A stretch of DNA of 64,000 nt from Oculina patagonica (taxonomy: Eukaryota): contig NC_135763.1 in NCBI RefSeq assembly GCF_052425735.1, forward strand, positions 33,356,001 through 33,420,000. The letters are read 5' to 3'. Shown in pieces: positions 61,301 through 64,000 of this stretch. The position numbers were made by a program, and so were the translations under genes. Numbering within the stretch: position 1 is the first letter of the stretch; each line of letters begins with the position of its first letter. A model generated the notes under the pieces. It had not been told where the DNA came from and searched no databases. It worked only from the letters and a program-made list of their open reading frames with translations.

Positions 61301-63059
61301 TTTGGTTTTGCCTCGGATCAAAAGTTGTACTTCAAAAATAAAGACTCAAACTCCAAATGAGAATGTGGGCAGAGCATCCCCAAAGGGTATGTTACCAAGA
61401 TTACAGCATGTTATAAGTAGTAAATTATTGCACTCGGAAGTATATAATTTCTTCCTTTTCCTTCCTCATTCACTAATCTGTGGCAACTTAGTATCTTTTA
61501 AGGAAGTTGGTCAGGTAGTTGTCTCCATTGGGAACATTTGCCTTATAAATTCAAAATATTTATTATTTAGTGATTTTGTAAGCTCGGGTAGTATTGCTGT
61601 TTCCCAAATACTGAAGTACATGTACATTGATCTGGGTAGCATGCTTTACCTTAATTTGGAAAGAAAAGGGAACATAATGTACAATAATATGTGCTTGTTT
61701 TGTATGTAACCTTAACAAGTTCGTGATTACTCAAACACTTGCGTAAGTATGCCTTTTGCAAGGAACAGCTTTTAACAGTGATTAGTTATGAACAACAGAG
61801 GTTATTCAGTGATGTAAATACCAGTAAAAGGCGGAAGGCGGACAGAATAGCACCTGGGGACTTGATTTTCCCAGCTTAAAGACTGTGTCTGGTTAGATGT
61901 TGCTTTTAATGTTACCCAAATTTTCTGCCTGTGATCAACAAGATTTCACCTGTTGGAAATCTAAGCTACCAGTACTTCCCTGGGTACTAGTTTATAATTT
62001 AGGTGCAAGCCTTCCTTTAACATATTAGGTAAAAACAATATTTTTCTGCTATTTTGCAGCTTCTGTTGTTTCAAACTCTAAATCAGACACTATCAAAGGT
62101 ACTAAAAATTGCTTTGTATGTTACTGTCAGAATATATATTTTACTTCTTCTTACAATATCAACAAATTGTCTTCCAGGCAGGTGACAAAAATAAGAGAAT
62201 AAGACATTTTAATCTTATATGTTTTTAGATTATTTTACGGCAAGTTATTTTTAGCTTTTATTTAAGACATTTTTTCAATGTAGTACCTCCCCCAAAATCA
62301 CCCACTAGTGAGCGGCAACTTCTACTAAAATATTGTTGTGTTGTTGTTATCATTATCATTAATTAATTGTCACCTAAAGAAACTGACTGAATGGGAGGCA
62401 CGGTGGCCTAATCATGGTTAGTGTGCCGGAATCCGGATCGAGTGGTCCAGGTTCGAGACCTGGCCAGGGTCACTGTGTTGTGGTTCTTGGGCAAGACACC
62501 TAACTCTCATAGTGCCTCTCTCCACCCAGGTGTATAAATGGGAACCGGCGACATAATGCTGGGGGGTACCCTACGATGGACTAGCATCCCATTCAGGGGG
62601 TAGTAGAAATATTTCTAGCCGCTTAATGCTACCGAAACCGGGATAAGCTCCCGCAGTATGGGCAGCATGGCTCGAAGCTTCCCCTTTAAAGAAACTGACT
62701 AACATGTTTTCCCCAGTTTCCAAATAGTTTCTAACTCTATTCCTTTTTTGTCAGAAAACAACATCAGATTCAGCACATTACCTGCTGATGTAATAGAACA
62801 TTTGGCTACTTACCTCAATGCAAAGCAAGGGAGAAATTGGAAACACTTGGCAGGATTAATGGGCTACACCAGCACTTTCACACAAAACCTTGAGTTAACG
62901 CCAGTTGAGGCTACGCAAAAACTGATCCATGATTGGGAGCATCGTGGAAACGAGGCAACTGTGTATAAACTGTATTGTTATTTGAAGGAACTTGGTAGAG
63001 ATGATGCAATAGCAGTCCTTTGGCCTTATCTGACAAGAAGGAGGGAAGAATTTGTGTGA
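55391..63059 (+). CDS. TNF receptor superfamily member with death domain (p75NTR/TNFRSF16-like), 6 exons, ~399 aa
   Basis: Exons 55391-55423 (signal peptide start MRFFALFSFIL), 57029-57424 and 58251-58485 (TNFR cysteine-rich domains plus P/S/T-rich stalk), 61195-61386 (TM WVFLGLNFVFIFVIFFLVL), 62060-62098, and 62755-63059 (death domain NWKHLAGLMGY...LIHDWE...LGRDDAI). Splice phases are consistent and total 1200 nt. Confidence 0.9.
58817..60523. mobile_element. Tc1/mariner(pogo)-like non-autonomous element in TNFR intron 3
   Basis: TA-CCGTAATTTC(C/T)GGC ... GCCAGAAATTACGG-TA; subterminal TTACCCGCAC repeats at both ends. Confidence 0.8.
59293..59743. mobile_element. Kolobok-like MITE nested in the Tc1-like element
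   Basis: TTAA-GGTCATTGCCCTG ... CAGGGCAATGACC-TTAA. Confidence 0.88.
62389..62686 (+). mobile_element. tRNA-derived CORE-like SINE (copy 3, full length)
   Basis: B box GGTTCGAGACC; core CTTGGGCAAGACACCTAACTCTCATAGTGCCTC..TGTATAAATGGG; 14-bp TSD TAAAGAAACTGACT. Confidence 0.9.
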
Positions 63060-63171
63060 AGAAACAACATTGAGCCCTTGCACAGGCCTGCATTGTTCAG
63101 AAAACTGATTTAACGCTACTGCTGAGATACAGTAGCTGAGTGAGGCAAGGTCACTTTTTATTCAACTCTAA

Positions 63172-63332
63172 AGACCGATTTACACGGTACGATTTTGTCG
63201 CGTGCGACATGCTTGCGACATGCTTACGACAGGCCTAACAGGTGTAAATCCAGCCTACAACTCGCTTACGACTGTCGTAGGCGTATCGTAAGCTTGTCGC
63301 ATGCGACAAAATTGTACCGTGTAAATCGGCCT
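63172..63332. mobile_element. PIF/Harbinger-like mini-MITE in the probable TNFR 3' UTR
   Basis: AG(A/G)CCGATTTACACGGTAC(G/A)ATTTTGTCGC TIR; TAA TSD. Confidence 0.85.
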
Positions 63333-63661
63333 TAAGAATGTTTAAGAAGATTGGTCAAGACAAATAAATGAAAAACCTGAGTAACAATACTGTTGACATG
63401 TGCCATAAAGATTCATTTTAGCCCCATCCTTCCAAGAAGAGCTTATATTCTAATTTATGCCCCTGCAAATTACCAAATTACAGCAAGATGTCCACCTCTG
63501 TTATTTTAAACTTTCTGGGGTCAACAAGTCCATTTTTTGTCATCTTGATGTAAATAATTAAGGAGGATGGGATGCTGAAGAACTTTGTATCATGTTTTTT
63601 TTTTTTAATCCTAGCCTCTGGAAAATAATATTGCATGGTGTATGTTGTCCCTTCTTCGTTG

Positions 63662-63861
63662 TGGGATGTGCGGTGGTTTAATGGTTAGTGCATTGGACTC
63701 CGGATCAAGTGGTTCGGGTTCAAGCACAGGTTGGGGTCAGTGCATTGTGTTCTTAGGCAAGACACTAAACTCTCATAGTCCCTCTCTCCACTCAGGTTTA
63801 CAAGTTGGTAACAGCAAATTTATTGCTGGGGGTAACCAGGCAGTGGACTTGCATCCCATCC
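63662..63861 (+). mobile_element. tRNA-derived CORE-like SINE (copy 4), interrupted
   Basis: Homologous to copies 1-3 up to GCATCCCATCC. Confidence 0.8.
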
Positions 63862-64000
63862 CAACCCTCCCAGTTAAGACCATTTTAGTTGCCATGGGGA
63901 CTAAATTTGAAACAAGGTCGCCAGCCTGGCGACTAAAATTGGGAGGAAAGATTGAAAGCATCAGCTTAATTTGGTGACTAAAATTTTTCACTGGCGACCA
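63862..64000. mobile_element. hAT-like MITE (inverted copy of 48026-48244), runs off the window
   Basis: CAACCCTCCCAGTTAAGACCATTTTAGT...; matches the reverse complement of ~48085-48244. Confidence 0.85.

Noticed and set aside
61387-61709. Hydrophobic extension of ORF 61179-61709
   Set aside because: Read-through into an intron after the GTATG donor; the spliced model gives a coherent receptor.

Overview
AT-rich, intron-rich animal genomic DNA. It is probably from a cnidarian, most likely a stony coral; this is an inference from gene content and repeat types and is not verified. Seven protein-coding genes can be supported. On the minus strand are an intronless disordered 249-aa orphan ORF, an intronless F-box/LRR gene and an intronless CCDC190-like ORF. 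These are followed by a ~22-kb multi-exon USP48 (+), a 10-exon DDX19/DBP5 DEAD-box helicase (-), a 2-exon UBX-domain gene (UBXN10-like, +) head-to-head with DDX19, and a 6-exon p75NTR-like TNF receptor with a death domain (+). Introns and intergenic DNA are packed with non-autonomous transposons (PIF/Harbinger-, Tc1/mariner-, Kolobok- and hAT-like MITEs and tiny palindromes with 9-bp TSDs) and tRNA-derived SINEs. The most unusual signal is a set of otherwise unrelated palindromic elements that all place CACGAG opposite CGAGTG, giving tandem G.A mismatches, sometimes with a GCGCAGC mini-hairpin at the tip. This suggests strand-specific ssDNA hairpins read by a common mobilising enzyme. There is also a three-layer nested insertion in a DDX19 intron. 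All coordinates and exon models were read by eye and no database search was run.
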